A stretch of 64,000 nucleotides of DNA from Tubulanus polymorphus. Taxonomy: Eukaryota; Animalia; Nemertea. Within the stretch, counting starts at the first letter, position 1; each line of letters opens with the position of its first letter. The stretch spans positions 1 to 64,000 of the forward strand of contig NW_027437444.1 in the NCBI RefSeq assembly GCF_964204645.1. The letters run 5' to 3'. The position numbers were made by a program, and so were the translations under genes. Positions 11,750 through 24,950 of the stretch are shown in pieces. The notes beneath the pieces are model-generated. The model searched no databases and was not told the DNA's origin. It was given only the letters and a program-made list of their open reading frames with translations.

Positions 11750-13790
11750 AACGTCGTTCAGCGCGAGAAAAGACGTTTACGTATCAAATATTCCCCATAT
11801 CGGAAAAACGACAATGTCGATGCGTAAAAGCGCTCAAATCGTCAGGAAAAGCACTTTTCGACCCGAAAACGTCGTTCAGCGCGAGAAAAGACGTTTTCGT
11901 ATCAAATATTCCCCCTATCGGGAAAACGACAATGTCGATGCGTAAAAGCGCTCAAATCGTCAGGAAAAGCACTTTTCGGACCGAAAACGTCGTTCAGCGC
12001 GAGAAAAGACGTTTTCGTATCAAATATTCCCCCTATCGGAAAAACGACAATGTCGATGCGTAAAAGCGCTCAAATCGTCAGGAAAAGCACTTTTCGACGC
12101 GAAAACGTCGTTCAGCGCGAGAAAATACGTTTTCGTATCAAATATTCCCCCTATAGGAAAAACGACAATGTCGATGCGTAAGAGAGCTCAAATCGTCAGG
12201 AAAAGCACTTTTCGACGCGAAAACGTCGTTCAGTGCGAGAAAAGACGTTTTCGTATCAAATATTCCCCCTATCGGAAAAACGACAATGTCGATGCGTAAA
12301 AGCGCTCAAATCGTCAGGAAAAGCACTTTTCGACCCGAACCCGTCGTTCAGCGCGAGAAAAGACGTTTTCGTATCAAATATTCCCCCTATCGGGAAAACG
12401 ACAATGTCGATGCGTAAAAGCGCTCAAATCGTCAGGAAAAGCACTTTTCGGACCGAAAACGTTGTTCAGCGCGAGAAAAGACGTTTTCGTATCAAATATT
12501 CCCCCCATCGGAAAAACGACAATGTCGATGCGTAAAAGCGCTCAAATCGTCAGGAAAAGCACTTTTCGACCCGAAAACGTCGTTCAGCGCGAGAAAAGAC
12601 GTTTTCGAATCAAATATTCCCCCTATCGGGAAAACGACAATGTCGATGCGTAAAAGCGCTCAAATCGTCAGGAAAAGCACTTTTCGACCCGAAAACGTCG
12701 TTCAGCGCGAGAAAAGACGTTTTCGTATCAAATATTCCCCCTATCGGGAAAACGACAATGTCGATGCGTAAAAGCGCTCAAATCGTCAGGAAAAGCACTT
12801 TTCGGACCGAAAACGTTGTTCAGCGCGAGAAAAGACGTTTTCGTATCAAATATTCCCCCCATCGGAAAAACGACAATGTCGATGCGTAAAAGCGCTCAAA
12901 TCGTCAGGAAAAGCACTTTTCGACCCGAAAACGTCGTTCAGCGCGAGAAAAGACGTTTTCGAATCAAATATTCCCCCTATCGGGAAAACGACAATGTCGA
13001 TGCGTAAAAGCGCTCAAATCGTCAGGAAAAGCACTTTTCGACGCGAAAACGTCGTTCAGCGCGAGAAAAGACGTTTTCGTATCAAATATTCCCCCTATCG
13101 GAAAAACGACAATGTCGATGCGTAAAAGCGCTCAAATCGTCAGGAAAAGCACTTTTCGACGCGAAAACGTCATTCAGCGCGAGAAAAGACGTTTTCGTAT
13201 CAAATATTCCCCCTATCGGGAAAACGACAATGTCGATGCGTAAAAGCGCTCAAATCGTCAGGAAAAGCACTTTTCGACCCGAAAACGTCGTTCAGCGCGA
13301 GAAAAGACGTTTTCGTATCAAATATTCCCCCTATCGGGAAAACGACAATGTCGATGCGTAAAAGCGCTCAAATCGTCAGGAAAAGCACTTTTCGACGCGA
13401 AAACGTCGTTCAGCGCGAGAAAATACGTTTTCGTATCAAATATTCCCCCTATCGGGAAAACGACAATGTCGATGCGTAAAAGCGCTCAAATCGTCAGGAA
13501 AAGCACTTTTCGGACCGAAAACGTCGTTCAGCGCGAGAAAAGACGTTTTCGTATCAAATATTCCCCCTATCGGAAAAACGACAATGTCGATGCGTAAAAG
13601 CGCTCAAATCGTCAGGAAAAGCACTTTTCGACGCGAAAACGTCGTTCAGCGCGAGAAAATACGTTTTCGTATCAAATATTCCCCCTATAGGAAAAACGAC
13701 AATGTCGATGCGTAAAAGCGCTCAAATCGTCAGGAAAAGCACTTTTCGGACCGAAAACGTCGTTCAGCGCGAGAAAAGACGTTTTCGTAT
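11750..13790. repeat. Third partial copy of the block at about 3,370-5,530 (offset 8,382, then 8,264)
   Basis: ORF pairs 3851/12233, 4080/12462 and 4434/12816. Shared variants GTAAGAGAGCTC, CCCGAACCCG, CGTCATT and CCTATAGG. Confidence 0.85.
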
Positions 13791-16700
13791 CAAATATTCC
13801 CCCCCCCTATCGGGAAAACGACAATGTCGATGCGTAGAAGCGCTCAAATCGTCAGGAAAAACACTTTTCGACGCGAAAACGTCGTTCAGCGCGAGAAAAG
13901 ACGTTTTCGTATCAAATATTCCCCCTATCGGAAAAACGACAATGTCGATGCGTAAAAGCGCTCAAATCGTCAGGAAAAGCACTTTTCGACCCGAAAACGT
14001 CGTTCAGCGCGAGAAAAGACGTTTTCGTATCAAATATTCCCCCCCCTATCGGGAAAACGACAATGTCGATGCGTAAAAGCGCTCAAATCGTCAGGAAAAG
14101 CACTTTTCGGACCGAAAACGTTGTTCAGCGCGAGAAAAGACGTTTTCGTATCAAATATTCCCCCTATCGGAAAAACGACAATGTCGATGCGTAAAAGCGC
14201 TCAAATCGTCAGGAAAAGCACTTTTCGACGCGAAAACGTCGTTCAGTGCGAGAAAAGACGTTTTCGTATCAAATATTCCCCCGATCGGAAAAACGACAAT
14301 GTCGATGCGTAAAAGCGCTCAAATCGTCAGGAAAAGCACTTTTCGGACCGAAAACGTCGTTCAGCGCGAGAAAAGACGTTTTCGTATCAAATATTCCCCC
14401 TATCGAAAAAACGACAATGTCGATGCGTAAAAGCGCTCAAATCGTCAGGAAAAGCACTTTTCGACCCGAAAACGTCGTTCAGCGCGAGAAAAGACGTTTT
14501 CGAATCAAATATTCCCCCTATCGGGAAAACGACAATGTCGATGCGTAAAAGCGCTCAAATCGTCAGGAAAAGCATTTCTCGGACCGAAAACGTTGTTCAG
14601 CGCGAGAAAAGACGTTTTCGTATCAAATATTCCCCCTATCGGAAAAACGACAATGTCGATGCGTAAAAGCGCTCAAATCGTTAGGAAAAGCACTTTTCGA
14701 CCCGAAAACGTCGTTCAGCGCGAGAAAAGACGTTTTCGTATCAAATATTCCCCCTATCGGAAAAACGACAATGTCGATGCGTAAAAGCGCTCAAATCGTC
14801 AGGAAAAGCACTTTTCGGACCGAAAACGTCGTTCAGCGCGAGAAAAGACGTTTTCGTATCAAATATTCCCCCTATCGGGAAAACGACAATGTCGATGCGT
14901 AAAAGCGCTCAAATCGTCAGGAAAAGCACTTTTCGGACCGAAAAGGTCGTTCAGCGCGAGAAAAGACGTTTTGGTATCAAATATTCCCCCTATCGGAAAA
15001 ACGACAATGTCGATGCGTAAAAGCGCTCAAATCGTCAGGAAAAGCACTTTTCGACCCGAAAACGTCGTTCAGCGCGAGAAAAGACGTTTTCGAATCAAAT
15101 ATTCCCCCTATCGGGAAAACGACAATGTCGATGCGTAAAAGCGCTCAAATCGTCAGGAAAAGCACTTTTCGACCCGAAAACGTCGTTCAGCGCGAGAAAA
15201 GACGTTTTCGTATCAAATATTCCCCCTATCGGGAAAACGACAATGTCGATGCGTAAAAGCGCTCAAATCGTCAGGAAAAGCACTTTTCGGACCGAAAAGG
15301 TCGTTCAGCGCGAGAAAAGACGTTTTGGTATCAAATATTCCCCCTATCGGAAAAACGACAATGTCGATGCGTAAAAGCGCTCAAATCGTCAGGAAAAGCA
15401 CTTTTCGACCCGAAAACGTCGTTCAGCGCGAGAAAAGACGTTTTCGAATCAAATATTCCCCCTATCGGGAAAACGACAATGTCGATGCGTAAAATCGCTC
15501 AAATCGTCAGGAAAAGCACTTTTCGACCCGAAAACGTCGTTCAGCGCGAGAAAAGACGTTTTCGTATCAAATATTCCCCCTATCGGGAAAACGACAATGT
15601 CGATGCGTAAAAGCGCTCAAATCGTCAGGAAAAGCACTTTTCGACCCGAAAACGTCGTTCAGCGCGAGAAAAGACGTTTTCGTATCAAATATTCCCCCTA
15701 TCGGAAAAACGACAATGTCGATGCGTAAAAGCGCTCAAATCGTCAGGAAAAGCACTTTTCGACCCGAAAACGTCGTTCAGCGCGAGAAAATACGTTTACG
15801 TATCAAATATTCCCCATATCGGGAAAACGACAATGTCGATGCGTAAAAGCGCTCAAATCGTCAGGAAAAGCACTTTTCGACCCGAAAACGTCGTTCAGCG
15901 CGAGAAAAGACGTTTTCGAATCAAATATTCCCCCTATCGGGAAAACGACAATGTCGATGCGTAAAAGCGCTCAAATCGTCAGGAGAAGCACTTTTCGGAC
16001 CGAAAACGTCGTTCAGCGCGAGAAAAGACGTTTTCGTATCAAATATTCCCCCTATCGGAAAAACGACAATGTCGATGCGTAAAAGCGCTCAAATCGTCAG
16101 GAAAAGCACTTTTCGACGCGAAAACGTCGTTCAGCGCGAGAAAATACGTTTTCGTATCAAATATTCCCCCTATCGGAAAAACGACAATGTCGATGCGTAA
16201 AATCGCTCAAATCGTCAGGAAAAGCACTTTTCGACCCGAAAACGTCGTTCAGCGCGAGAAAAGACGTTTTCGTATCAAATATTCCCCCTATCGGAAAAAC
16301 GACAATGTCGATGCGTAAAAGCGCTCAAATCGTCAGGAAAAGCACTTTTCGACCCGAAAACGTCGTTCAGCGCGAGAAAATACGTTTACGTATCAAATAT
16401 TCCCCATATCGGAAAAACGACAATGTCGATGCGTAAAAGCGCTCAAATCGTCAGGAAAAGCACTTTTCGACCCGAAAACGTCGTTCAGCGCGAGAAAAGA
16501 CGTTTTCGTATCAAATATTCCCCCTATCGGGAAAACGACAATGTCGATGCGTAAAAGCGCTCAAATCGTCAGGAAAAGCACTTTTCGGACCGAAAACGTC
16601 GTTCAGCGCGAGAAAAGACGTTTTCGTATCAAATATTCCCCCTATCGGAAAAACGACAATGTCGATGCGTAAAAGCGCTCAAATCGTCAGGAAAAGCACT

Positions 16701-19700
16701 TTTCGACGCGAAAACGTCGTTCAGCGCGAGAAAATACGTTTTCGTATCAAATATTCCCCCTATAGGAAAAACGACAATGTCGATGCGTAAGAGAGCTCAA
16801 ATCGTCAGGAAAAGCACTTTTCGACGCGAAAACGTCGTTCAGTGCGAGAAAAGACGTTTTCGTATCAAATATTCCCCCTATCGGAAAAACGACAATGTCG
16901 ATGCGTAAAAGCGCTCAAATCGTCAGGAAAAGCACTTTTCGACCCGAACCCGTCGTTCAGCGCGAGAAAAGACGTTTTCGTATCAAATATTCCCCCTATC
17001 GGGAAAACGACAATGTCGATGCGTAAAAGCGCTCAAATCGTCAGGAAAAGCACTTTTCGGACCGAAAACGTTGTTCAGCGCGAGAAAAGACGTTTTCGTA
17101 TCAAATATTCCCCCCATCGGAAAAACGACAATGTCGATGCGTAAAAGCGCTCAAATCGTCAGGAAAAGCACTTTTCGACCCGAAAACGTCGTTCAGCGCG
17201 AGAAAAGACGTTTTCGAATCAAATATTCCCCCTATCGGGAAAACGACAATGTCGATGCGTAAAAGCGCTCAAATCGTCAGGAAAAGCACTTTTCGACCCG
17301 AAAACGTCGTTCAGCGCGAGAAAAGACGTTTTCGTATCAAATATTCCCCCTATCGGGAAAACGACAATGTCGATGCGTAAAAGCGCTCAAATCGTCAGGA
17401 AAAGCACTTTTCGGACCGAAAACGTTGTTCAGCGCGAGAAAAGACGTTTTCGTATCAAATATTCCCCCCATCGGAAAAACGACAATGTCGATGCGTAAAA
17501 GCGCTCAAATCGTCAGGAAAAGCACTTTTCGACCCGAAAACGTCGTTCAGCGCGAGAAAAGACGTTTTCGAATCAAATATTCCCCCTATCGGGAAAACGA
17601 CAATGTCGATGCGTAAAAGCGCTCAAATCGTCAGGAAAAGCACTTTTCGACCCGAAAACGTCGTTCAGCGCGAGAAAAGACGTTTTCGAATCAAATATTC
17701 CCCCTATCGGGAAAACGACAATGTCGATGCGTAAAAGCGCTCAAATCGTCAGGAAAAGCACTTTTCGACGCGAAAACGTCGTTCAGCGCGAGAAAAGACG
17801 TTTTCGTATCAAATATTCCCCCTATCGGAAAAACGACAATGTCGATGCGTAAAAGCGCTCAAATCGTCAGGAAAAGCACTTTTCGACGCGAAAACGTCAT
17901 TCAGCGCGAGAAAAGACGTTTTCGTATCAAATATTCCCCCTATCGGGAAAACGACAATGTCGATGCGTAAAAGCGCTCAAATCGTCAGGAAAAGCACTTT
18001 TCGACCCGAAAACGTCGTTCAGCGCGAGAAAAGACGTTTTCGTATCAAATATTCCCCCTATCGGGAAAACGACAATGTCGATGCGTAAAAGCGCTCAAAT
18101 CGTCAGGAAAAGCACTTTTCGACGCGAAAACGTCGTTCAGCGCGAGAAAATACGTTTTCGTATCAAATATTCCCCCTATCGGGAAAACGACAATGTCGAT
18201 GCGTAAAAGCGCTCAAATCGTCAGGAAAAGCACTTTTCGGACCGAAAACGTCGTTCAGCGCGAGAAAAGACGTTTTCGTATCAAATATTCCCCCTATCGG
18301 AAAAACGACAATGTCGATGCGTAAAAGCGCTCAAATCGTCAGGAAAAGCACTTTTCGACGCGAAAACGTCGTTCAGCGCGAGAAAATACGTTTTCGTATC
18401 AAATATTCCCCCTATAGGAAAAACGACAATGTCGATGCGTAAAAGCGCTCAAATCGTCAGGAAAAGCACTTTTCGGACCGAAAACGTCGTTCAGCGCGAG
18501 AAAAGACGTTTTCGTATCAAATATTCCCCCTATCGGAAAAACGACAATGTCGATGCGTAAAAGCGCTCAAATCGTCAGGAAAAGCACTTTTCGACCCGAA
18601 AACGTCGTTCAGCGCGAGAAAAGACGTTTTCGTATCAAATATTCCCCCTATCGGGAAAACGACAATGTCGATGCGTAAAAGCGCTCAAATCGTCAGGAAA
18701 AGCACTTTTCGGACCGAAAAGGTCGTTCAGCGCGAGAAAAGACGTTTTCGTATCAAATATTCCCCCTATCGGAAAAACGACAATGTCGATGCGTAAAAGC
18801 GCTCAAATCGTCAGGAAAAGCACTTTTCGACCCGAAAACGTCGTTCAGCGCGAGAAAAGACGTTTTCGAATCAAATATTCCCCCTATCGGGAAAACGACA
18901 ATGTCGATGCGTAAAAGCGCTCAAATCGTCAGGAAAAGCACTTTTCGGACCGAAAACGTCGTTCAGCGCGAGAAAAGACGTTTTCGTATCAAATATTCCC
19001 CCTATCGGAAAAACGACAATGTCGATGCGTAAAATCGCTCAAATCGTCAGGAAAAGCACTTTTCGACCCGAAAACGTCGTTCAGCGCGAGAAAAGACGTT
19101 TTCGTATCAAATATTCCCCCTATCGGAAAAACGACAATGTCGATGCGTAAAAGCGCTCAAATCGTCAGGAAAAGCACTTTTCGACCCGAAAACGTCGTTC
19201 AGCGCGAGAAAATACGTTTACGTATCAAATATTCCCCATATCGGAAAAACGACAATGTCGATGCGTAAAAGCGCTCAAATCGTCAGGAAAAGCACTTTTC
19301 GACCCGAAAACGTCGTTCAGCGCGAGAAAAGACGTTTTCGTATCAAATATTCCCCCTATCGGAAAAACGACAATGTCGATGCGTAAAAGCGCTCAAATCG
19401 TCAGGAAAAGCACTTTTCGACCCGAAAACGTCGTTCAGCGCGAGAAAATACGTTTACGTATCAAATATTCCCCATATCGGGAAAACGACAATGTCGATGC
19501 GTAAAAGCGCTCAAATCGTCAGGAAAAGCACTTTTCGACCCGAAAACGTCGTTCAGCGCGAGAAAAGACGTTTTCGAATCAAATATTCCCCCTATCGGGA
19601 AAACGACAATGTCGATGCGTAAAAGCGCTCAAATCGTCAGGAGAAGCACTTTTCGGACCGAAAACGTCGTTCAGCGCGAGAAAAGACGTTTTCGTATCAA

Positions 19701-22020
19701 ATATTCCCCCTATCGGAAAAACGACAATGTCGATGCGTAAAAGCGCTCAAATCGTCAGGAAAAGCACTTTTCGACGCGAAAACGTCGTTCAGCGCGAGAA
19801 AATACGTTTTCGTATCAAATATTCCCCCTATCGGAAAAACGACAATGTCGATGCGTAAAATCGCTCAAATCGTCAGGAAAAGCACTTTTCGACCCGAAAA
19901 CGTCGTTCAGCGCGAGAAAAGACGTTTTCGTATCAAATATTCCCCCTATCGGAAAAACGACAATGTCGATGCGTAAAAGCGCTCAAATCGTCAGGAAAAG
20001 CACTTTTCGACCCGAAAACGTCGTTCAGCGCGAGAAAATACGTTTACGTATCAAATATTCCCCATATCGGAAAAACGACAATGTCGATGCGTAAAAGCGC
20101 TCAAATCGTCAGGAAAAGCACTTTTCGACCCGAAAACGTCGTTCAGCGCGAGAAAAGACGTTTTCGTATCAAATATTCCCCCTATCGGGAAAACGACAAT
20201 GTCGATGCGTAAAAGCGCTCAAATCGTCAGGAAAAGCACTTTTCGACCCGAAAACGTCGTTCAGCGCGAGAAAAGACGTTTTCGAATCAAATATTCCCCC
20301 TATCGGGAAAACGACAATGTCGATGCGTAAAAGCGCTCAAATCGTCAGGAAAAGCACTTTTCGGACCGAAAACGTCGTTCAGCGCGAGAAAAGACGTTTT
20401 CGTATCAAATATTCCCCCTATCGGAAAAACGACAATGTCGATGCGTAAAAGCGCTCAAATCGTCAGGAAAAGCACTTTTCGACGCGAAAACGTCGTTCAG
20501 CGCGAGAAAAGACGTTTTCGTATCAAATATTCCCCCTATCGGAAAAACGACAATGTCGATGCGTAAAAGCGCTCAAATCGTCAGGAAAAGCACTTTTCGA
20601 CGCGAAAACGTCGTTCAGCGCGAGAAAGACGTTTTCGTATCAAATATTCCCCCTATCGGGAAAACGACAATGTCGATGCGTAAAAGCGCTCAAATCGTCA
20701 GGAAAAGCACTTTTCGACCCGAAAACGTCGTTCAGCGCGAGAAAAGACGTTTTCGTATCAAATATTCCCCCTATCGGGAAAACGACAATGTCGATGCGTA
20801 GAAGCGCTCAAATCGTCAGGAAAAACACTTTTCGACGCGAAAACGTCGTTCAGCGCGAGAAAAGACGTTTTCGTATCAAATATTCCCCCTATCGGAAAAA
20901 CGACAATGTCGATGCGTAAAAGCGCTCAAATCGTCAGGAAAAGCACTTTTCGACCCGAAAACGTCGTTCAGCGCGAGAAAAGACGTTTTCGTATCAAATA
21001 TTCCCCCCCCTATCGGGAAAACGACAATGTCGATGCGTAAAAGCGCTCAAATCGTCAGGAAAAGCACTTTTCGACCCGAAAACGTCGTTCAGCGCGAGAA
21101 AAGACGTTTTCGTATCAAATATTCCCCCTATCGGAAAAACGACAATGTCGATGCGTAAAAGCGCTCAAATCGTCAGGAAAAGCACTTTTCGGACCGAAAA
21201 CGTTGTTCAGCGCGAGAAAAGACGTTTTCGTATCAAATATTCCCCCTATCGGAAAAACGACAATGTCGATGCGTAAAAGCGCTCAAATCGTCAGGAAAAG
21301 CACTTTTCGGACCGAAAACGTCGTTCAGCGCGAGAAAAGACGTTTTCGTATCAAATATTCCCCCTATCGAAAAAACGACAATGTCGATGCGTAAAAGCGC
21401 TCAAATCGTCAGGAAAAGCACTTTTCGACCCGAAAACGTCGTTCAGCGCGAGAAAAGACGTTTTCGTATCAAATATTCCCCCTATCGGGAAAACGACAAT
21501 GTCGATGCGTAAAAGCGCTCAAATCGTCAGGAAAAGCACTTTTCGACCCGAAAACGTCGTTCAGCGCGAGAAAAGACGTTTTCGTATCAAATATTCCCCC
21601 TATCGGGAAAACGACAATGTCGATGCGTAAAAGCGCTCAAATCGTCAGGAAAAGCACTTTTCGACCCGAAAACGTCGTTCAGCGCGAGAAAAGACGTTTT
21701 CGTATCAAATATTCCCCCTATCGGAAAAACGACAATGTCGATGCGTAAAAGCGCTCAAATCGTCAGGAAAAGCACTTTTCGGACCGAAAACGTCGTTCAG
21801 CGCGAGAAAAGACGTTTTCGTATCAAATATTCCCCCTATCGGAAAAACGACAATGTCGATGCGTAGAAGCGCTCAAATCGTCAGGAAAAACACTTTTCGA
21901 CGCGAAAACGTCGTTCAGCGCGAGAAAAGACGTTTTCGTATCAAATATTCCCCCTATCGGAAAAACGACAATGTCGATGCGTAAAAGCGCTCAAATCGTC
22001 AGGAAAAGCACTTTTCGACC

Positions 22021-22160
22021 CGAACTTTCGACCGAAAAGGTTGTTCAGCGCGAGAAAAGACGTTTCGTATCAATATTCCCCCTATGGAAAAACGACAATG
22101 TCGATGCGTAAAGCGCTCCGATCAGTGCGAGTATGCACTTTTCGGACCCGAAAAGTCGTT
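22021..22160. other. Register break and degraded monomer (possible assembly seam)
   Basis: CGAACTTTCGACCGAAAAGGTTG at 22,021, several 1-nt losses, and a non-consensus stretch CCGATCAGTGCGAGTATGC at about 22,118-22,136. Confidence 0.8.
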
Positions 22161-23099
22161 CAGCGCGAGAAAAGACGTTTTCGTATCAAATATTCCCCTA
22201 TCGGAAAAACGACAATGTCGATGCGTAAAAGCGCTCAAATCGTCAGGAAATGCACTTTTCGACCGAAACGTCGTTCAGCGCGAGAAAAGACGTTTTCGAA
22301 TCAAATATTCCCCCTATCGGAAAAACGACAATGTCGATGCGTAAAAGCGCTCAAATCGTCAGGAAAAGCACTTTTCGGACGAAACGTCGTTCAGCGCGAG
22401 AAAAGACGTTTTCGTATCAAATATTCCCCCTATCGGAAAACGACAATGTCGATGCGTAAAAGCGCTCAAATCGTCAGGAAAAGCACTTTTCGACGCGAAA
22501 ACGTCGTTCAGCGCGAGAAAAGACGTTTTCGTATCAAATATTCCCCCTATCGGAAAACGACAATGTCGATGCGTAAAAGCGCTCAAATCGTCAGGAAAAG
22601 CACTTTTCGACCCGAAAACGTCGTTCAGCGCGAGAAAAGACGTTTTCGTATCAAATATTCCCCCTATCGGGAAAACGACAATGTCGATGCGTAAAGCGCT
22701 CAAATCGTCAGGAAAACACTTTTCGACGCGAAAACGTCGTTCAGCGCGAGAAAAGACGTTTTCGTATCAAATATTCCCCCTATCGGGAAAACGACAATGT
22801 CGATGCGTAAAAGCGCTCAAATCGTCAGGAAAAGCAACTTTTCGACCCGAAAACGTCGTTCAGCGCGAGAAAAGACGTTTTCGTATCAAATATTCCCCCC
22901 TATCGGAAAACGACAATGTCGATGCGTAAAAGCGCTCAAATCGTCAGGAAAAGCACTTTTCGACCCGAAAACGTCGTTCAGCGCGAGAAAAGACGTTTTC
23001 GTATCAAATATTCCCCCTATCGGGAAAACGACAATGTCGATGCGTAAAAGCGCTCAAATCGTCAGGAAAAGCACTTTTCGGACCGAAAACGTCGTTCAG

Positions 23100-24950
23100 C
23101 GCGAGAAAAGACGTTTTCGTATCAAATATTCCCCCTATCGGAAAAACGACAATGTCGATGCGTAAAAGCGCTCAAATCGTCAGGAAAAGCACTTTTCGGA
23201 CCGAAAACGTTGTTCAGCGCGAGAAAAGACGTTTTCGTATCAAATATTCCCCCTATCGGAAAAACGACAATGTCGATGCGTAAAAGCGCTCAAATCGTCA
23301 GGAAAAGCACTTTTCGGACCGAAAACGTCGTTCAGCGCGAGAAAAGACGTTTTCGTATCAAATATTCCCCCTATCGGAAAAACGACAATGTCGATGCGTA
23401 AAAGCGCTCAAATCGTCAGGAAAAGCACTTTTCGACCCGAAAACGTCGTTCAGCGCGAGAAAAGACGTTTTCGTATCAAATATTCCCCCTATCGGGAAAA
23501 CGACAATGTCGATGCGTAAAAGCGCTCAAATCGTCAGGAAAAGCACTTTTCGACCCGAAAACGTCGTTCAGCGCGAGAAAAGACGTTTTCGTATCAAATA
23601 TTCCCCCTATCGGGAAAACGACAATGTCGATGCGTAAAAGCGCTCAAATCGTCAGGAAAAGCACTTTTCGACCCGAAAACGTCGTTCAGCGCGAGAAAAG
23701 ACGTTTTCGTATCAAATATTCCCCCTATCGGAAAAACGACAATGTCGATGCGTAAAAGCGCTCAAATCGTCAGGAAAAGCACTTTTCGGACCGAAAACGT
23801 CGTTCAGCGCGAGAAAAGACGTTTTCGTATCAAATATTCCCCCTATCGGAAAAACGACAATGTCGATGCGTAGAAGCGCTCAAATCGTCAGGAAAAACAC
23901 TTTTCGACGCGAAAACGTCGTTCAGCGCGAGAAAAGACGTTTTCGTATCAAATATTCCCCCTATCGGAAAAACGACAATGTCGATGCGTAAAAGCGCTCA
24001 AATCGTCAGGAAAAGCACTTTTCGACCCGAAAACGTCGTTCAGCGCGAGAAAAGACGTTTTCGTATCAAATATTCCCCCTATCGGGAAAACGACAATGTC
24101 GATGCGTAAAAGCGCTCAAATCGTCAGGAAAAGCACTTTCGACCCGAAAACGTCGTTCATCGCGAGAAAAGACGTTTTCGTATCAAATATTCCCCCTATC
24201 GGGAAACGACAATGTCGATGCGTAAAAGCGCTCAAATCGTCAGGAAAAGCACTTTTCGACCCGAAAACGTCGTTCAGCGCGAGAAAAGACGTTTTCGTAT
24301 CAAATATTCCCCCTATCGGAAAAACGACAATGTCGATGCGTAAAAGCGCTCAAATCGTCAGGAAAAGCACTTTTCGGACCGAAAACGTTGTTCAGCGCGA
24401 GAAAAGACGTTTTCGTATCAAATATTCCCCCTATCGGAAAAACGACAATGTCGATGCGTAAAAGCGCTCAAATCGTCAGGAAAAGCACTTTTCGACGCGA
24501 AAACGTCGTTCAGCGCGAGAAAAGACGTTTTCGTATCAAATATTCCCCCGATCGGAAAAACGACAATGTCGATGCGTAAAAGCGCTCAAATCGTCAGGAA
24601 AAGCACTTTTCGGACCGAAAACGTCGTTCAGCGCGAGAAAAGACGTTTTCGTATCAAATATTCCCCCTATCGGAAAAACGACAATGTCGATGCGTAAAAG
24701 CGCTCAAATCGTCAGGAAAAGCACTTTTCGACGCGAAAACGTCGTACAGCGCGAGAAAATACGTTTTCGTATCAAATATTCCCCCTATCGGAAAAACGAC
24801 AATGTCGATGCGTAAAAGCGCTCAAATCGTCAGGAAAAGCACTTTTCGACCCGAAAACGTCGTTCAGCGCGAGAAAAGACGTTTTCGTATCAAATATTCC
24901 CCCTATCGGAAAAACGACAATGTCGATGCGTAAAAGCGCTCAAATCGTCA
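23100..24950. repeat. Copy of the block at about 8,100-9,950 (offset about 14,995)
   Basis: TTCATCGCG at about 9,160 and 24,156; GTCGTACAGC at about 9,746 and 24,741; ORF pairs 8213/23210 and 9393/24388. Confidence 0.85.

Larger units (their letters stand above)
1200..22020. repeat. Long-range direct duplication within A: about 1,200-9,030 matches about 14,070-22,020 (offset 12,873, then 12,991 after one extra monomer)
   Basis: Rare variants recur in the same order: AATCGTTAGG (about 1,803 and 14,676), GTAAGAGAGCTC plus CCCGAACCCG (about 3,800/3,955 and 16,790/16,945), CGTCATT (4,904 and 17,895), and a C8 tract (8,013-8,020 and 21,003-21,010). ORF-track pairs agree: 1248/14121, 3851/16842, 8213/21203. 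Confidence 0.9.
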
